This document shows positions 41,201 through 56,200 of a DNA stretch of 64,000 nucleotides, in pieces. Source of the DNA: Perna viridis (lineage: Eukaryota); assembly GCA_037379345.1 (NCBI GenBank), contig CM074517.1, positions 21,638,001 through 21,702,000 of the forward strand, written 5' to 3'. Position numbers and translations under genes: made by a program. Under the pieces are notes generated by a model, which saw only the letters and a list, made by a program, of their open reading frames with translations, was not told where the DNA came from and did not search any database. Within the stretch, counting starts at the first letter, position 1; every line of letters begins with the position of its first letter.

Positions 41201-44200
41201 CGGACGCCACCTACATCGCCAAAATCACATACTGGTGAATCCACTCCATCTGATGAACTGAAGAAACAAACAAAAGCTAGGAGAACTCGACAACCACATA
41301 AGCCAACAAAAACTGAGACACCTAGTATATCTACGAGATCTGAGACTCCAACTATATTGACTAGAACTCAGACATCGCGTCAACCATATACTACAATTCA
41401 AAAACAGATTACAAGATCTACCAGTCAGACAACAACTGGGACTCAATGCCCACCATCTACATTTAGAAGTCACATAAATACTTCATCTAGTAGAACTTCC
41501 ACTGTATCGAAACCAACAGGAACTCGGACGCCACCTACATCGCCAAAATCACATACTGGTGAATCCACTCCATCTGATGAACTGAAGAAACAAACAAAAG
41601 CTAGGAGAACACGACAACCACATAAGCCAACAAAAACTGAGACACCTAGTATATCTACGAGATCTGAGACTCCAACTATATTGACTAGAACTCAGACATC
41701 GCGTCAACCATATACTACAATTCAAAAACAGATTACAAGATCTACCAGTCAGACATCATCCTCTAAAAATACTCCAAAACTGCCTACGGCGACATCAGAT
41801 GATACACTACATACATCAAATAGAACTGATGTGCTAGATTCGTTGACTCGCATACAGACACAAAGTCCACAACTTACTACTATTCAAGCACCAATAGCTA
41901 CAACAAGAAAGAGCCATACGGAACGATTTACAACTGAAACGCAACCCATAACATTTCAAACTCCGGCACCACATACTTTAACAAGAAATCAGGAAACTCC
42001 ATCGTCAACTGGAACGCAGACACAAACTTCATCTGTTTCAACTCAGAAACTACCAACGTCACATTTAACTGACACCCAAACTGTATTGACTACAACAGAT
42101 CAACCAAATGTTCATGGAAATACAGAATTAATTTCTAAGTCAATTGGAGATCAGACATTGACAGGATTTATGAAAACTGGGAAACCGCGTAAGACAACAA
42201 TAATGCATACGCCATCTAAGTCAAGAGGCACAAGAAGTCAAACAGAAACAACATCTAATGAAACTCGGACTTCACTGACAACATCTGGGACTCAATCCCC
42301 ACCATCTACATTTAGAAGTCACATAAATACTTCATCTAGTAGAACTTCCACTGTATCGAAACCAACAGGAACTCGGACGCCACCTACATCGCCAAAATCA
42401 CATACTGGTGAATCCACTCCATCTGATGAACTGAAGAAACAAACAAAAGCTAGGAGAACTCGACAACCACATAAGCCAACAAAAACTGAGACACCTAGTA
42501 TATCTACGAGATCTGAGACTCCAACTATATTGACTAGAACTCAGACATCGCGTCAACCATATACTACAATTCAAAAACAGATTACAAGATCTACCAGTCA
42601 GACATCATCCTCTAAAAATACTCCAAAACTGCCTACGGCGACATCAGATGATACACTACATACATCAAATAGAACTGATGTGCTAGATTCGTTGACTCGC
42701 ATACAGACACAAAGTCCACAACTTACTACTATTCAAGCACCAATAGCTACAACAAGAAAGAGCCATACGGAACGATTTACAACTGAAACGCAACCCATAA
42801 CATTTCAAACTCCGGCACCACATACTTTAACAAGAAATCAGGAAACTCCATCGTCAACTGGAACGCAGACACAAACTTCATCTGTTTCAACTCAGAAACT
42901 ACCAACGTCACATTTAACTGACACCCAAACTGTATTGACTACAACAGATCAACCAAATGTTCATGGAAATACAGAATTAATTTCTAAGTCAATTGGAGAT
43001 CAGACATTGACAGGATTTATGAAAACTGGGAAACCGCGTAAGACAACAATAATGCATACGCCATCTAAGTCAAGAGGCACAAGAAGTCAAACAGAAACAA
43101 CATCTAATGAAACTCGGACTTCACTGACAACATCTGGGACTCAATCCCCACCATCTACATTTAGAAGTCACATAAATACTTCATCTAGTAGAACTTCCAC
43201 TGTATCGAAACCAACAGGAACTCGGACGCCACCTACATCGCCAAAATCACATACTGGTGAATCCACTCCATCTGATGAACTGAAGAAACAAACAAAAGCT
43301 AGGAGAACTCGACAACCACATAAGCCAACAAAAACTGAGACACCTAGTATATCTACGAGATCTGAGACTCCAACTATATTGACTAGAACTCAGACATCGC
43401 GTCAACCATATACTACAATTCAAAAACAGATTACAAGATCTACCAGTCAGACATCATCCTCTAAAAATACTCCAAAACTGCCTACGGCGACATCAGATGA
43501 TACACTACATACATCAAATAGAACTGATGTGCTAGATTCGTTGACTCGCATACAGACACAAAGTCCACAACTTACTACTATTCAAGCACCAAAAGCTACA
43601 ACAAGAAAGAGCCATACGGAACGATTTACAACTGAAACGCAACCCATAACATTTCAAACTCCGGCACCACATACTTTAACAAGAAATCAGGAAACTCCAT
43701 CGTCAACTGGAACGCAGACACAAACTTCATCTGTTTCAACTCAGAAACTACCAACGTCACATTTAACTGACACCCAAACTGTATTGACTACAACAGATCA
43801 ACCAAATGTTCATGGAAATACAGAATTAATTTCTAAGTCAATTGGAGATCAGACATTGACAGGATCTATGAAAACTGGGAAACCGCGTAAGACAACAACA
43901 ATGCATACGCCATCTAAGTCAAGAGGCACAAGAAGTCAAACAGAAACATCTAATGAAACCCGGACTTCACTGACAACATCTGGGACTCAATCCCCACCAT
44001 CTACATTTAGAAGTCACATAAATACTTCATCTAGTAGAACTTCCACTGTATCGAAACCAACAGGAACTCGGACGGCACCTACATCGCCAAAATCACATAC
44101 TGGTGAATCCACTCCATCTGATGAACTGAAGAAACAAACAAAAGCGAGGAGAACTCGACAACCACATAAGCCAACAAAAACTGAGAAACCTAGTATATCT

Positions 44201-47200
44201 ACGAGATCTGAGACTCCAACTATATTGACTAGAACTCAGACATCGCGTCAACCATATACTACAATTCAAAAACAGATTACAAGAACTACCAGTCAGACAT
44301 CATCCTCTAAAAATACTCCAAAACTGCCTACGGCGACATCAGATGATACACTACATACATCAAATAGAACTGATGTGCTAGATTCGTTGACTCGCATACA
44401 GACACAAAGTCCACAACTTACTACTATTCAAGCACCAATAGCTACAGCAAGAAAGAGCCATACGGAACGATTTACAACTGAAACGCAACCCATAACATTT
44501 CAAACTCCGGCACCACATACTTTAACAAGAAATCAGGAAACTCCATCGTCAACTGGAACGCAGACACAAACTTCATCTGTTTCAACTCAGAAACTACCAA
44601 CGTCACATTTAACTGACACCCAAACTGTATTGACTACAACAGATCAACCAAATGTTCATGTAAATACAGAGTTAATTTCTAAGTCAATTGGAGATCAGAC
44701 ATTGACAGGATCTATGAAAACTGGGAAACCGCGTAAGACAACAACAATGCATACGCCATCTAAGTCAAGAGGCACAAGAAGTCAAACAGAAACAACATCT
44801 AATGAAACTTGGACTTCACTGACAACATCTGGGACTCAATCCCCACCATCTACATTTAGAAGTCACATAAATACTTCATCTAGTAGAACTTCCACTGTAT
44901 CGAAACCAACAGGAACTCGGACGCCACCTACATCGCCAAAATCACATACTGGTGAATCCACTCCATCTGATGAACTGAAGAAACAAACAAAAGCTAGGAG
45001 AACTCGACAACCACATAAGCCAACAAAAACTGAGACACCTAGTATATCTACGAGATCTGAGACTCCAACTATATTGACTAGAACTCAGACATCGCGTCAA
45101 CCATATACTACAATTCAAAAACAGATTACAAGAACTACCAGTCAGACATCATCCTCTAAAAATACTCCAAAACTGCCTACGGCGACATCAGATGATACAC
45201 TACATACATCAAATAGAACTGATGTGCTAGATTCGTTGACTCGCATACAGACACAAAGTCCACAACTTACTACTATTCAAGCACCAATAGCTACAACAAG
45301 AAAGAGCCATACGGAACGATTTACAACTGAAACGCAACCCATAACATTTCAAACTCCGGCACCACATACTTTAACAAGAAATCAGGAAACTCCATCGTCA
45401 ACTGGAACGCAGACACAAACTTCATCTGTTTCAACTCAGAAACTACCAACGTCACATTTAACTGACACCCAAACTGTATTGACTACAACAGATCAACCAA
45501 ATGTTCATGGAAATACAGAGTTCATTTCTAAGTCAATTGGAGATCAGACATTGACAGCATATTTGAAAACTGGGAAACTGCGTAAGACAACAACAATGCA
45601 TACGCCATCTAAGTCAAGAGGCACAAGAAGTCAAACAGAAACAACATCTAATGAAACTCGGACTTCACTGACAACATCTGGGACTCAATCCCCACCATCT
45701 ACATTTAGAAGTCACATAAATACTTCATCTAGTAGAACTTCCACTGTATCGAAACGCACAGGAACTCGGACGCCACCTACATCGCCAAAATTACATACTG
45801 GTGAATCCACTCCATCTGATGAACTGAAGAAACAAACAAAACCTAGGAGAACTCGACAGCCACATAAGCCAACAAACACTGAGACACCTAGTATATCTAC
45901 GAGATCTGAGACTCCAAATATGTTGACTAGAACTCAGACATCGCGTCAACCATATACTACAATTCAAAAACAGATTACAAGAACTACCAGTCAGACATCA
46001 TCCTCTAAAAATACTCCAAAACTGCCTACGGCGACATCAGATGATACACTACATACATCAAATAGAAATGATGTGCTAGATTCGTTGACTCGCATACAGA
46101 CACAAAGTCCACAACTTACTACTATTCAAGCACCAATAGCTACAACAAGAAAGAGCCATACGGAACGATTTACAACTGAAACGCAACCCATAACATTTCA
46201 AACTCCGGCACCACATACTTTAACAAGAAATCAGGAAACTCCATCGTCAACTGGAACGCAGACACAAACTTCATCTGTTTCAACTCAGAAACTACCAACG
46301 TCACATTTAACTGACACCCAAACTGTATTGACTACAACAGATCAACCAAATGTTCATGGAAATATAGCGTTCATTTCTAAGTCAATTGGAGATCAGACAT
46401 TGACAGCATATTTGAAAACTGGGAAACTGCGTAAGACAACAACAATGCATACGCCATCTAAGTCAAGAGGCACAAGAAGTCAAACAGAAACAACATCTAA
46501 TGAAACTCGGACTTCACTGACAACATCTGGGACTCAATCCCCACCATCTACATTTAGAAGTCACATAAATACTTCATCTAGTAGAACTTCCACTGTATCG
46601 AAACCAACAGGAACTCGGACGGCACCTACATCGCCAAAATCACATACTGGTGAATCCACTCCATCTGATGAACTGAAGAAACAAACAAAAGCGAGGAGAA
46701 CTCGACAACCACATAAGCCAACAAAAACTGAGAAACCTAGTATATCTACGAGATCTGAGACTCCAACTATATTGACTAGAACTCAGACATCGCGTCAACC
46801 ATATACTACAATTCAAAAACAGATTACAAGAACTACCAGTCAGACATCATCCTCTAAAAATACTCCAAAACTGCCTACGGCGACATCAGATGATACACTA
46901 CATACATCAAATAGAACTGATGTGCTAGATTCGTTGACTCGCATACAGACACAAAGTCCACAACTTACTACTATTCAAGCACCAATAGCTACAACAAGAA
47001 AGAGCCATACGGAAAGTTTTACAACTGAAACGCAACCCATAACATTTCAAACTCCAGCACCACATACTTTAACAAGACATCAGGAAACTCCATCGTCAAC
47101 TGGAACGCAGACACAAACTTCATCTGTTTCAACTCAGAAACTACCAACGTCACATTTAACTGACACCCAAACTGTATTGACTACAACAGATCAACCAAAT

Positions 47201-50200
47201 GTTCATGGAAATACAGAGTTAATTTCTAAGTCTACTGGAGATCAGGCATTGACAGGATCTATGAAAACTGGGAAACCGCGTAAGACAACAACAATGCATA
47301 CGCCATCTAAGTCAAGAGGCACAAGAAGTCAAACAGAAACAACATCTAATGAAACTCGGACTTCACTGACAACATCTGGGATTCAATCCCCACCATCTAC
47401 ATTTAGAAGTCACATAAATACTTCATCTGGTAGAACTTCCACTGTATCGAAACCAACAGGAACTCGGACGCCACCTACATCGCCAAAATCACATACTGGT
47501 GAATCCACTCCATCTGATGAACTGAAGAAACAAACAAAAGCTAGGAGAACTCGACAACCACATAAGCCAACAAAAACTGAGACACCTAGTATATCTACGA
47601 GATCTGAGACTCCAACTATATTGACTAGAACTCAGACATCGCGTCAACCATATACTACAATTCAAAAACAGATTACAAGAACTACCAGTCAGACATCATC
47701 CTCTAAAAATACTCCAAAACTGCCTACGGCGACATCAGATGATACACTACATACATCAAATAGAACTGATGTGCTAGATTCGTTGACTCGCATACAGACA
47801 CAAAGTCCACAACTTACTACTATTCAAGCACCAATAGCTACAACAAGAAAGAGCCATACGGAACGATTTACAACTGAAACGCAACCCATAACATTTCAAA
47901 CTCCGGCACCACATACTTTAACAAGAAATCAGGAAACTCCATCGTCAACTGGAACGCAGACACAAACTTCATCTGTTTCAACTCAGAAACTACTAACGTC
48001 ACATTTAACTGACACCCAAACTGTATTGACTACAACAGATCAACCAAATGTTCATGGAAATACAGAATTAATTTCTAAGTCAATTGGAGATCAGACATTG
48101 ACAGGATCTATGAAAACTGGGAAACCGCGTAAGACAACAACAATGCATACGCCATCTAAGTCAAGAGGCACAAGAAGTCAAACAGAAACAACATTTAATG
48201 AAACTCGGACTTCACTGACAACATCTGGGACTCAATCCCCACCATCTACATTTAGAAGTCACATAAATACTTCATCTAGTAGAACTTCCACTGTATCGAA
48301 ACCAACAGGAACTCGGACGCCACCTACATCGCCAAAATCACATACTGGTGAATCCACTCCATCTGATGAACTGAAGAAACAAACAAAAGCTAGGAGAACT
48401 CGACAACCACATAAGCCAACAAAAACTGAGGCACCTACAACAACTGCACAGGAAACAACTTTTCAAGATATGATGACCATCACAGAAACAACTACTACCA
48501 CGAATGCGGAAACAACGACGGGAGAGGTCACTTCCACCACGCAGGCTACAACTACAACTGCTGGGGAAGTGACCAATGTTGATGTTGCGTCGACAAAAAC
48601 AGAACCAAGTACCACCACTGAAGTTCAAACTACGACAGCTGAAGTAACAACTACAACTGCACAAGAAACTACAACAGTAGAGGTCACTTCCATAACGGAG
48701 GCTGCAACTACAACGTCTGAGCAAATGACCATTACTGAAGCTGCAACAGCGGCAGCAGAACCATTTACCACCACAGAAACACAAACCACGACAGCTCAGG
48801 TAACTTCTACAACTGACGAACAAACAACCACACAAGTTGTGACGACCACAGCAGAACCAACTACTACCACGGCTGCAGATAATACAACAGTAGGGGTCAC
48901 TTCCACAACGGAGGCTGCAACTACAACTTCTGAGCAAAACACCACTACTCAAGCTACAACGACAACAGCTGAACCAACTACCACCACTGAAATTCAAACT
49001 ACGAAAACTGAGGCAACTACTAACACTGCACAAGAAAGAATTACTCAAGCTGTGACGACCACAGCAAAATCAACTACAACCACGGCTGCAGAAACTACAA
49101 CAGTAAAAAGCACTATCACAAAGGAGGTTGCAACATCAACAACTGAGCAAACTACCACTACCGAAGCTGCAACAACATCAGCAAAAACAATTACTACCAC
49201 TGATGAACTGCATATGACATCTGAGGCAGCTTCTTCCACTGCACTAGAAACAACCACACAAGTTTTGACGACCACAGCAGAACCAATTACTATCATGGCT
49301 GCAGGAACTACAACAGTAGAGGTCACTACTCCCACAACGGAGGCTGCAATTACAACTTCTAAGCAAATGACCCCTACTGAAGCTACAACGACAACAGCTG
49401 AACCAAGTACCTCCACTGAAACACAAACTACGATACCTGAGGCAACTATTACAGCAGTAGAGGTCACTTCCTCTACGCAGGCTACAACTACAACTGCTGA
49501 GGAAATGACCACTACTGAAGTTGCATCGACAAAAACGGAACTAACTACCACCACTGAATTTCAAACAACGACAGTTAAGGCAACAATTACCACTGCACAA
49601 GAAACAACCACAGAAGTTGTGACGACCACAACAGAACCAACTATTACGACGGCTGCAGAAACTAGAACATTAGTCACTACCACAATGGAGGTTGCAACAT
49701 CAACAGCTGAGGAAACTACCACTACTAAAGCGGCAACAACAACAGCAAAAACAAGTACCACCACTGAAACAGGAACATCGACAGCTGAGGCAGGTACAAC
49801 AACTGCACAAGAAACAACCACTCAAGTTGTGACGACCAAAGCAGAACCAACTACAACCACGGCTGTAGAAAGTACAACGGTAGAGATTGCATACACATCG
49901 CAGGCTGCAACTATAACTTCAGAGGAAATGACCACTACTGAAGCTGCAAATATAACAGCTGAAGAAACGTTTGCCACTGAAACACAAACTGCGATAGCTG
50001 AAGCATCTACTAGAACTCCATACGAAACAACCACACTAGTGGCGCCGACCACAGCAGAACGAACTACTACTACAGCTGCAGAAATTTCAAAAGTAGAAGT
50101 TATATCCACTACGCAGGCTGGAACTGCAGCTGCTGGTGAAATGACCATTACTGAAGCTTCATCGATATTAAGAGAACTAGCTACCACCACTGAAACACAA

Positions 50201-53200
50201 ACTACGACAGATCAGCCAACTACTACAACTGCACAAGAAACAAGCACACAAGTTGTGACGACCACAGCAGAACCAACTACTACCGCGGCTGCAGAAACTA
50301 CAACAGTAGAGATCCCTACTCCGACAACGAAGGCTGCAATTACACCTTCTGAGCAAATGACCACTACTGAAGGTACAACGAGAAAAGCTGAACCAACTAC
50401 CACCACTGAAACGCAAACTACGATACCTGAGGCAACTACTACATCTGCACAAGAAACAACTTCTCAAGCTGTGACGATAACAGGAGAACCAACTACTACG
50501 ACGACTCCAGAAACTACAACAGTAGAGGTCACTACCACAACGGAGGTTGCAACATCAACAGCTGAAGAAACTACCACAACTGAAGCTGCAACAACAACAG
50601 CAAAAACAACTACCATCACTAGAGGACTACATATGACAGCTGAGGCACCTTCTACAACTGCACAAGAAACACCTCTTCAAGCTGTGACGCCCAGAGCAGA
50701 ACCAACTACTACCACTGCTACAAAAACTACAACGGTAGAGGTCACTAGCATAATACAGGCTGGAACTACAACTGCTGAGCAAACGACAACTACTGAAGCT
50801 GCAATGACAACAGCGGAACCAACTACCATCACTGAAGCTCAAACTTCGACAGCTGAGGCAGCTACAACAACTGCACAAGAAACAACCACTCAAGTTGTGA
50901 CGACCACAGCAGAACCGACTACAACCACGGCTGTAGAAAGTACAACGGTAGAGATCGCATACACATCGCAGGCTGCAACTACAACTGTTAGGGAAATGAC
51001 CACTACTGAAACTACAACGACAGCAGCAGAACAAACTACCACCACTGAAACACAATCTACGATAGGGGAGGCAACTACTACAACTGCACAAGAAACAACC
51101 ACACAGATTGTGACGACCGCAGCAGAACCAACTACTAAAACAGCTACAGAAACTACAACGGTAGAGGTTACATCCGTAACGGAGGCTGCAAGTACAACTG
51201 CTGGGAAAATTACCACTACTGAAGTTGAATCGACAAAAACAGAACCAACTACCACCACTGAATTTCAAACTACGACAGTTGAGGGAACAACAACCACTGC
51301 ACAAGAAACAACAACACAAGTTGTGACGACCAAAGCTAAACCAACTACTACCACGGCTGTAGAAACTACAACAGTAGAGGTCACTACTCCCACAACGGAG
51401 GCTGCAATTACACCTTCTGAGCAAATGACCACTACTGAAGCTACAACGACAAAAGCTGAACCAACTACCACCACTGAAACGCAAACTACGATACCTGAGG
51501 CAACTACTACATCTGTACAAGAAACAACTACGCAAGCTGTGACGACCACAGCAGAACCAACTAATGCTACGGCTGCAGAAACAACAACGGTAGAGGTCAC
51601 TTCCACAACCCAGGCTGCAACTAGAACTTCTGAGGAAACGACCACTACTGAAGCTGCATCGACAACAGCGGAACCAACCAACACCACTGAAGCTCAAACT
51701 ACGACAGCTCAGGGAACTACTACAACTGCACAAGAAACAACTACTGATGCTGTGACGACCACAGCAGAACCAACTACAACCACCGCTTCAGAAACTTCAA
51801 CTGTAAAGGTCACTTCGACAACGGAAGCTGCAACTAGAACTTCTGAGCAAACGCCCACTACTAAAGCTGCAACAACATATGAACCAACTAACGCCACAGA
51901 AAAAATAACTAGGAGAGGTGAGGCAACAACTGCCATGGCTGTAGAAACTACAACGTTAGAGGTCACTACCACAACTGAGACTGCAAATACATTTTCTGAG
52001 CAAACCACCAGTATTGTAACTGCAACGACAACAGCTGAACCCACTGCCACCACTGAAACACAATCTACGATAGGTGAGGCAACTACAACAACTGCACAAG
52101 AAACAACCAAACAGGTTGTGACCACCACAGCAGAACCAACTACTACAACAGCTACAGAAACTACAACGGTAGAGGTCACATCCGTAACGGAGGCTGCAAC
52201 TACCACTGCTGGAAAAATGACCACTACTGAAGTTGCATCGACAAAAACGGAACCAACTACCACTACTGAATTTCAAACTACTACAGTTGAGGCAAAAGCT
52301 ACAACTGCACAAGAAACAACAACAGAAGTTGTGACGACCACAGCAAAACCAACTATTACTACTACGGCTGCAGAAACAACAACGGTAGAGGTGACTTCCT
52401 CTACGCAGGCTACAACTACAACTGCTGAGGAAATGACCACTACTGAAGCTGCATCGACAAAAATAGAACCAACCACCACCACTGAATTTCAAACTACGAC
52501 AGTTGATGCAACAACTACAACTGCACAAGAAACAACCACACAGGTTGTGACGACCAAAGCTAAACCAACTACTACCGCGGCTGTAGAAACTACAACAGTA
52601 GAGGTCACTACTCCCAAAACGGAGGCTGCAATTACACCTTCTGAGCAAATGACCACTACTGAAGCTACAACGACTAAAGCTGAACCAACTACCACCACTG
52701 AAGCTCACACTACGATACCTGAGGCAACTACTACATCTGCACAAGAAACAACTACTCAAGCTGTGACGACCACAGCAGAAGCAGCTACTACATCGGCTGC
52801 AGAAACTTCAACTATAAAGATCACTTCGACAACGAAGGCTGCAATTACACCTTCTGAGAAAATGACCACTACTGAAGCTACAACGACAAAAGCTGAAACA
52901 ACTACCACCACTGAAACGCAAACTACGATACCTAAGGCAACTACTACATCTGCACAAGAAACAACTACTCAAGCTGTGACGATAACAGGAGAACCAACTA
53001 CTACCACGGCTGCAGAAACTACAACATTAGAAGTAACTACCACAACGGAGGTTGCAAGCTCAACGGCTGAAGAAACTACCACAACTGAAGCTGCAACAAC
53101 AACAGTAAAAACAACTACCATCACTAGAGGACTACATATGACAGCTGATGCACCTTCTACAACTGCACAGGAAACAACTCTTCAAGCTGTGATGACCACA

Positions 53201-56200
53201 GCAGAACCAATTTCTACTTCGGCTGCAGAAACAACAACGGCAGAGGTCCCTTCCACTACGCAGGCTACAACCACAATTGTTGGGGAAATGACCACAACGG
53301 AAGCTGCATCGACAAAAACAGAACCAACTACCACCACTGAATTTCAAACTACGACAGTTGAGAGAACAATTACCACTGCACAAGAAACAACCACAGAAGT
53401 TGTGACGACCACAGCAAAACCAACTATTACTACTACGGCTGCAGAAACAACAACGGTCGAGGTGACTTCCTCTACGCAGGCTACAACTACAACTGCTGAG
53501 GAAATGACCACTACTGAAGCTGCATCGACAAAAATAGAACCAACCACCACCACTGAAGCTCAAACTACGACAGTTGATGCAACAACTACAACTGCAAAAG
53601 AAACAACCACAGAAGTTGTGACGACCACAGCTAAACCAACTACTACCACGGCTGCAGAAACTACAACAGTAGAGGTCACTACTCCCACAACGGAGGCTGC
53701 AATTACACCTTCTGAGAAAATGACCACTACTGAAGCTACAACGACAAAAGCTGAACCAACTGCCACCACTGACACACTATTTACGATAGGTGACGCAACT
53801 ACAACTGCACAAGAAACAACCACACAGGTTCTTACAACCACAGCAGAACCAATTACTACAAAAGCTACAGAAACTACAACAGTAGAGGTCACATCCGTAA
53901 CGGAGGCTGCAAGTACAACTGCTGGGAAAATGACCACTACTGAAGTTGAATCGACAAAAACGGAACCAACTACCACCACTGAATTTCAAACTACGACAGT
54001 CGAGGGAACAACTTCCACTGCACAAGAAACAACCACAGAAGTTGTGACGACCACAGCAGGACCAACTACAACCACGGCTGCAGAAACAACAACAGTAGAG
54101 GTCACTACTCCCAAAACTGAGGCTGCAATTACACCTTCTGAGCAAATGACCACTACTGAAGCTACAACGACAAAAGCTGAACCAACTACCACCACTGAAA
54201 CGCAAACTACGATACCTGAGGCAACTACTACATCTGCACAAGAAACAACTACTCAAGCTGTGACAATAACAGGAGAACCAACTACTACGACGGCTGCAGA
54301 AACTACAACATTAGAAGTAACTACCACAACGGAGGTTGCAAGTTCAACGGCTGAAGAAACTACCACAACTGAAGCTGCAACAACAACAGCAAAAACAACT
54401 ACCATCACTAGAGGACTACATATGACAGCTGAGGCACCTTCTACAACTGCACGGGAAGCAACTCTTCAAGCTGTGATGTCCACAGCAGAACCAACTACTA
54501 CTACGGCTGCAGAAACATCAACGGTAGAGGTCCCTTCCACTACGCAGGCTACAACTACAACTGTTGGGGAAATGACCACTACGGAAGCTGCATCGACAAA
54601 AACAGAACAAACTACCACCACTGAAGTTCAAGCTACAACTGCACAAGAAACAACTCTTCAAGCTGTGACGCCCAGAGCAGAACCAACTACTACCACGGCT
54701 GCAGAAACTTCAACAGTAAAGGTCATTTCGATAACGGAGGTTGCAACTACAACTTCTGGGAAACCGTCCACTACTGAAGCTGCAACGACAGCAGCTGAAC
54801 CAACTGCCACCACTGAAACACAATCTACGATAGGTGAGGCAACTACGACAACTGCACAAGAAACAACCACACAGGTTCTTACAACCACAGGAGAACCAAC
54901 TGCTACAAAAGCTACAGAAACTACAACAGTAGAGGTCACATCCCTAACGGAGGCTGCAAGTACAACTGCTTGGAAAATGACCACTACTGAAGTTGAATCG
55001 ACAAAAACGGAACCAACTACCACCACTGAATTTCAAACTACGACAGTCGAGGGAACAACTTCCACTGCACAAGAAACAACCACAGAAGTTGTGACGACCA
55101 CTGTAGAACCAACTACTACCACGGCTGCAGAAACTACAACAGTAGAGGTCACTACTCCCAAAACGGAGGCTGCAATTACACCTTCTGAGCAAATGACCAC
55201 TACTGAAGCTACAACGACTAAAGCTGAACCAACTACCACCACTGAAACGCAAACTACGATACCTAAGGCAACTACTACATCTGCACAAGAAACAACTACT
55301 CAAGCTGTGACGACCACAGCAGAAGCAGCTACTACAACGGCTGCAGAAACTTCAACTATAAAGGTCACTTCGACAACGAAGGCTGCAATTACACCTTCTG
55401 AGAAAATGACCACTACTGAAGCTACAACGACAAAAGCTGAACCAACTACCACCACTGAAACGCAAACTACGATACCTAAGGCAACTACTACATCTGCACA
55501 AGAAACAACTACTCAAGCTGTGACGATAACAGGAGAACCAACTACTACCACGGCTGCAGAAACTACAACATTAGAAGTAACTACCACAACGGAGGTTGCA
55601 AGTTCAACGGCTGAAGAAACTACCACAACTGAAGCTGCAACAACAACAGCAAAAACAACTACCATCACTAAAGGACTACATATGACAGCTGAGGCACCTT
55701 CTACAACAGCACAGGAAACAACTCTTCAAGCTGTGATGTCCACAGCAGAACAAACTACTACTACGGCTGCAGAAACATCAACGGTAGAGGTCCCTTCGAC
55801 TACGCAGGCTACAACTACAACTGTTGGGGAAATGACCACTACGGAAGCTGCATCGACAAAAACAGAACAAACTACCACCACTGAAGTTCAAGCTACAACT
55901 GCACAAGAAACAACTCTTCAAGCTGTGACGCCCATAGCAGAACCAACTACTACCACGGCTGCAGAAACTTCAACAGTAAAGGTCATTTCGATAACGGAGG
56001 TTGCAACTACAACTTCTGGGAAACCATCCACTACTGAAGCTGCAACGACAGCAGCTGAACCAACTGCCACCACTGAAACACAATCTACGATACGTGAGGC
56101 AACTACAACAACTGCACAAGAAACAACCACACAGGTTCTTACAACCACAGCAGAACCAACTACTACAAAAGCTACAGAAACTACAACGGTAGAGGTCACA

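Noticed and set aside
17494-48430. Non-coding satellite DNA or CRISPR-like array
   Set aside because: Unit length is a multiple of 3, the frame stays open and is fused to a signal peptide, there are no unique spacers or cas genes, and the context is eukaryotic.
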